From: Paramecium tetraurelia | Taxonomy: Eukaryota | Length of the DNA: 64,000 nucleotides | Assembly: GCA_000165425.1 (NCBI GenBank) | Contig: CT868659.1 | Coordinates: forward strand, 1-64,000 | Reading direction: 5' to 3' | Shown: positions 59,185 to 64,000 of the stretch, in pieces | Position numbering within the stretch: the stretch's first letter is position 1 | How the letters are laid out: each line of letters begins with the position of its first letter | Position numbers and translations under genes: made by a program | The notes under the pieces: generated by a model | What the model was told of the DNA's origin: nothing | Database searches by the model: none | What the model saw: only the letters and a program-made list of their open reading frames with translations

Positions 59185-62100
59185 TCATTATGTTGTTATT
59201 TAGGACTTTGATAATGATTGTTCTAACTACTATATTTATTATTAAAGATCTTTAATTTATTTTTGAAGTAAATCACCAGTTTCAACAATTTATGTAATCT
59301 AGAATTGCTCGTATATAGGCTAAATATATAATAATGCATTACTAATTTTTATTAATAAGTCTTTAAATTAAAGTAATTGAATAGGCATTCATTTTCTAAT
59401 ATCTTAATTCTCCATCCCTTATTTAAGGATTTTATTTAATCTTAGTAAAGTTTTATCAAATCATTTTTCTTCTGAAGTTGGCTCTCTAATTGGGAAATTT
59501 TGATATTTTAAACATCTGAAAGTCGATTCATAGAATTAGATTGTTTGATTTGCTTTGAATAATCATTCAATTTAACATTGAGATCATGGATTATTTAATC
59601 TCTTCTGAATATTTCATTTTCCAATTTTTAAATCTGTTCTCTATGTTTTTCTTCTGTTATTTCGCTTTATTATTCAAGTTTAAGTGATTAAATTCGTTAA
59701 TTGGTATCTTATTCTATTTAAACTCGTTTATTCTTCTCCTCATCTATTTCCTTCATCAATGAGCTTAACTTTTCTTCATAAAATTGAATTTCTTTTGATT
59801 GAACTAACTCCTATAATTTTATTTAATCTTAGTTTTTATCGACTTATTATTTTATTTCTTGAGTATTTTGTTTTACTGTTTATTTTAAGAAGGATCCTTT
59901 TGAATTAGCCTCCTTTTTTTCTATCTGAGTTTATTCTTATTATGGTTCTATTTGTTACTTGATTTCCTTTTAAAGGGGTTCTTATTATTATTTGCTAATA
60001 AGGTCGCTTTCTTTAGAATCAGAATCTATTCTTAATACTTTAGTAAATTCAATAGATTTATCAATGATTTCTACATCGTCCAATATTTATGCTTATTCTA
60101 GATTCTTGATTTCTTGAATTCTATCTTTCAATTAATTAATGGAATAATGTTTATTAATTTTTGATTAAGCTTTAATGCATGAAGATACAAGAGCATTTAT
60201 TTTTCTTCTTAAACTAATTCTTTTTTCTATTGACTTTTAAAATAAGAATCGCTTAATTGCTCTTTTTATTCTTATTAGTTTATTATGCAATTCTTTTAGT
60301 TACTTTTTCATTATTTTTATTTATCTATAAATTCTAAATTATTTTTATATTTTCAAAATGTATTTTAATCTAAACTCGATGAGTTTGGTATCAAAATACT
60401 CTCTAAAATGTTATTTCATGAATAATTTAGTCTTTCCTATTTAAAAGCCTAATTCGGTTTATTATTCTTTCAAAAACGCTCCAATCTATTAATTTTCACC
60501 TAGAAGTTTTAGCATTTCTTCTATATTCTTGATATTTTTTGGATTTTTATTGACAAGATGCTAATATTTTTTAATGAATTCAGAATGCTTCTATCTAATT
60601 TCATAACCAGCTTTTCTAATTTAAATAGCTTCCATCAAACCTGCGCATGTCATCTATCTTCTGACTTCTGAAGCATCAAATGTTAAAGGTTATTTAAAGT
60701 TGTTTGGCTTAATACATCTGATGTATTTAGGTATGGATAAATTCAATAAATTCAGCAAATCTTTCAATGAGTTCTAAAATTTAGTAACAACGTTGTTTTA
60801 TTTCATATTTTAATTATCATTTTATACTTAAGACCATATCTCTTTCAAAACAGGATTAGTACTATTGGGGAGCACTTTAAAGACTTCAGAATTTATCGAA
60901 TCTCTATTTTTTTCTACAAATCCTGACACATTATATGCAACAGCACCAGCAAAATGCTTTAAACAAAACCAATCAAATTTGGCAACCCTATGTAATTTCT
61001 TATCAAATCTAGATTCAATTTCGGCTGTTTACAAGTCACTAACCAAAACCAAGTGATCTTTAGGCAATTATTTAAGAGAACTCAAAAACTCCTTATCTCC
61101 TCGATTTAGCACAATAGTTTAATCAATCAGCATTTTATATATTGAAGTTTAAGAATTTTCAATTAGATCAATTATTTTTTTATTATCTGGAAACTTAATT
61201 TATTGCCATTTAATTGATTCTTAGTCATATTCTTTTTACTCAGTTACAAACATTTACTCATTAAAGTGCTATTGTAATTTTTCGTTCGTAAAATTAATGT
61301 TTAATTACTCAAAACTGTTTGTGTGCAATCCATTTGGATCTGTGAAAATTTCGAATCCAAAAATATCCAAAATGCCTATCATATATTTTGTTAACTATGG
61401 TTACTGTTAATTCTAAAAGCTTAAAGATTTGATATTCAACAATTGTTCATTAATCTTAGTTATTAACCAATTGAATAGCTTCTCATATAAATGTTTTGCT
61501 AATGTGTCTCTAGCACTTTAAGCACTTTCTAAATTATTATTTCTAGTTACTGTCTCCTTTCCCACATAATTAAAGACTTTGCAAATTAAATCTTCTAAAT
61601 ATTAAATCTAAATTCCTAATAATTAAGAGGCCAATTTAACAGAATCATCAAGTTTCAATGTAGATTTTTAAGAATCATATAAAATTTGAATATTCCCTAG
61701 ATGTAGTAATCCAGCTAGTATTTGATATATATATCTCTTTTGATCAGGACTGAAATTTAAATTATCTAAACATTTATCAGTTTCTTCAAATTCTTACTTC
61801 TCGTCTCGTTAATAATTCAAATCCCCTCCTTTTAAATATTCATATTTATTAGGAGCTTAGAGCTCTATTATAGAATTATAATTATATACTTAATTCTGGT
61901 ATTTATGATGCTATTATTTAATAAAAAATGTGATAATTCCTTTCTTAATTATTGATCTTAACAACTCTACTTTTTTCTAATAAGTAATTATCTACTTTAG
62001 CTGTACTAACTCTTTTAGTATCTGCATTGAAATATAAATGCATAAACTTTCCAAATCTACTAGAGTTGTCATTTCTGGCAGTTTTAGCATTACCAAATGC

Positions 62101-62715
62101 TTCTAGCACTGGATTAGATGCAAATATTTGTTATTCAATAGTTTATCCCTGTTAAATAGTTCTAAATAAACCGCTTTTTGATTCAGCTGCCAAGTATTTC
62201 AAAAGTATTTTTGTTGATTCTGTTTTTCCTGATCCACTCTCCCCAGAAATGATCATTGAGCATATTCTTAATTCTTTTGTTTTAGTTTCAAACAATTAGT
62301 CGAATGAAAGTTGTGCAATTTTAAATAAATGAGGATGAAATTCATTCTCTCTAACGCTAGTTTTCAATTCGGATTGGTGTTGTCCAAGCTTGATTTTGTA
62401 ATAAGCTATTGTTTCTTGGTTATAGACATTTGGTAGAAAAACATAAGGATTAATTGAAACTAAAATAGAAGAGCCAATTTGTGTGTAGATTTATTCTCTC
62501 AAATATCGAATTCGAATATTATGAAGACAATTGAATTCATTCAAATCTGATAGACACTAAGATGTTCATAAGAATATTAATACTAGAAGGTCTTATATTC
62601 CTTATTTAGCCAAAGGGTCAACCCTGAATTTTTTAGCAGCTTAAGCCTCATTGAGCCTTTCAATTTTGCAAATTTCCTTTTAGTCTTCTATCCAAACTTC
62701 ATCATCATAACTCAT
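59185..62715 (-). CDS. Myosin heavy chain (motor domain plus coiled-coil tail)
   Basis: [58 protein letters not shown]. Confidence 0.95.
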
Positions 62716-63079
62716 ATTAATTATAGATTGATTATTAAAATAAATCAAAAACCATATAATCATCTTTCTATATATTAATAATAAGACAATCGTAAGCTTA
62801 ACATTATATGGAACTAATCAATTACAGTATAGACATTTACTTTTGAGAATCTCAAAGTTAATGCTAAATATATTTAAATTTTAAATAATAATTGAAATAA
62901 GGAGAAAAGTTATTTCTAAATATGAATAACTTCAAAATATCGACTTAATTAAAAGTCTATAATAGTTGAGATTATTTTGATTTGAATTAGAAAATTGTAT
63001 TTTATCATATATTTTGCCTATTTAAAGAAAAGTGCTTATTAAAATTATTAATTTTTGATTAAAATTTTATATTATTAAC

Positions 63080-63946
63080 TCAATCTTGCTTTCCTTTCTT
63101 AGAATTCCAATATGCTATCATTTAGAACACTAGAGTAAAATTCAAGGTTACACTAATGATATTGAGGAGCTAATTTAAATAAATAAATGAATAATTTACA
63201 ATCAACATTCCATCAGTTGAGCTGACTAGAATAGTGAAACATCTTGCTGCTGCTCCTGCGAATTACAAAAAGATAGTTATAAAAGCAAGTTAACCAGTGT
63301 CTTTATTTCTAAAGTTTGACCAAATTTAAGGTAGTCTTGCAAACAAAACTAAAATATTATTTATGCTATATCTTACTCAAACAGATATTTATGATGATAG
63401 CTAAGTTAAAGATACTATTAGGAATGAGTCCTGTGAAAAGTGGCAAGTTTACTCCAAGGAAAATGGCAATTCTTAAATAAAATTATCTCAGAGTGAATGA
63501 TTTCTCATAAACCTTAAAAAGTGCAACGATAATCACAGTTTAAAATAAAATGGCAACATTTTCTGCATAAAGTTTCCAAGGATTTCCTTTATGCACGTTA
63601 TAAGCAATAGAAAAGGAATAAACAAAGAGCTTAATTTGAATTAAAATAGTACTTCAAAGAAAATTGAATCAAATGATAATCCAGTGACTTTTGACTTTTG
63701 AACTATTTTAAATATCTAAGGTGCTTTCAAAATGACTGATAATGCTACTATTGAATAACTAATAAATTCAGATAAAGTCTTTTTAACGCATTCAATATTT
63801 AAGAAATCTTTTTAGATCACTAATTTATCGAAACATTCCTCTGAGAAAATGAAATATACTGATTTCTCCTTCTCTTCAGTGCTTTTAGAATAGCACGTAC
63901 AAAGCAATGCTGCCTATAAAATCACCAGGACTGCCAAGTATTTCAT
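63080..63946 (-). CDS. MPDU1: Mannose-P-dolichol utilization defect 1 / Lec35-like PQ-loop protein
   Basis: KAPQIFKIVQKSKVTGLS and RLPQIWSNFRNKDTGQLA PQ-loops; C-terminal KGKQD (KxKxx). Confidence 0.88.
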
Positions 63947-64000
63947 AAATTAAATTTATTTATTGGATAATCTTAATTTAATAAAAACCAATGCTTTCTT

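Overview
AT-rich, gene-dense ciliate nuclear DNA, almost certainly Paramecium. TAA/TAG read as Gln, TGA is the only stop, introns are 20-30 nt GT..AG, and intergenic gaps can be under 50 nt. The supplied standard-code ORF track therefore fragments every gene; all translations below were done by hand in code table 6. The first ~9 kb is gene-poor: one expanded-family gene, an assembly gap and several decayed gene fragments. It also holds the standout feature, a 724-bp 5'-truncated non-LTR retrotransposon (LINE) at 7615-8338 on the minus strand, with an uninterrupted 220-codon RT-thumb/C-terminal ORF, a 3' stem-loop, an (AATGT)4 tail and a perfect 11-bp target-site duplication. From ~9.2 kb onward about 25 tightly packed genes follow, including PGM3, a CDPK-like probable pseudokinase, an ABCB half transporter, CFAP36, a kinesin, an ERGIC3-like gene, an aquaporin, a DEAD-box helicase, IQCH, two further kinases, SERCA, an EGF-TM-RING ligase, a CNBD K+ channel, a myosin and MPDU1. 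Several genes (CSC1/OSCA-like, ERGIC3-like, SERCA) carry frameshifts or stops. Family assignments rest on motif recognition, not database searches.
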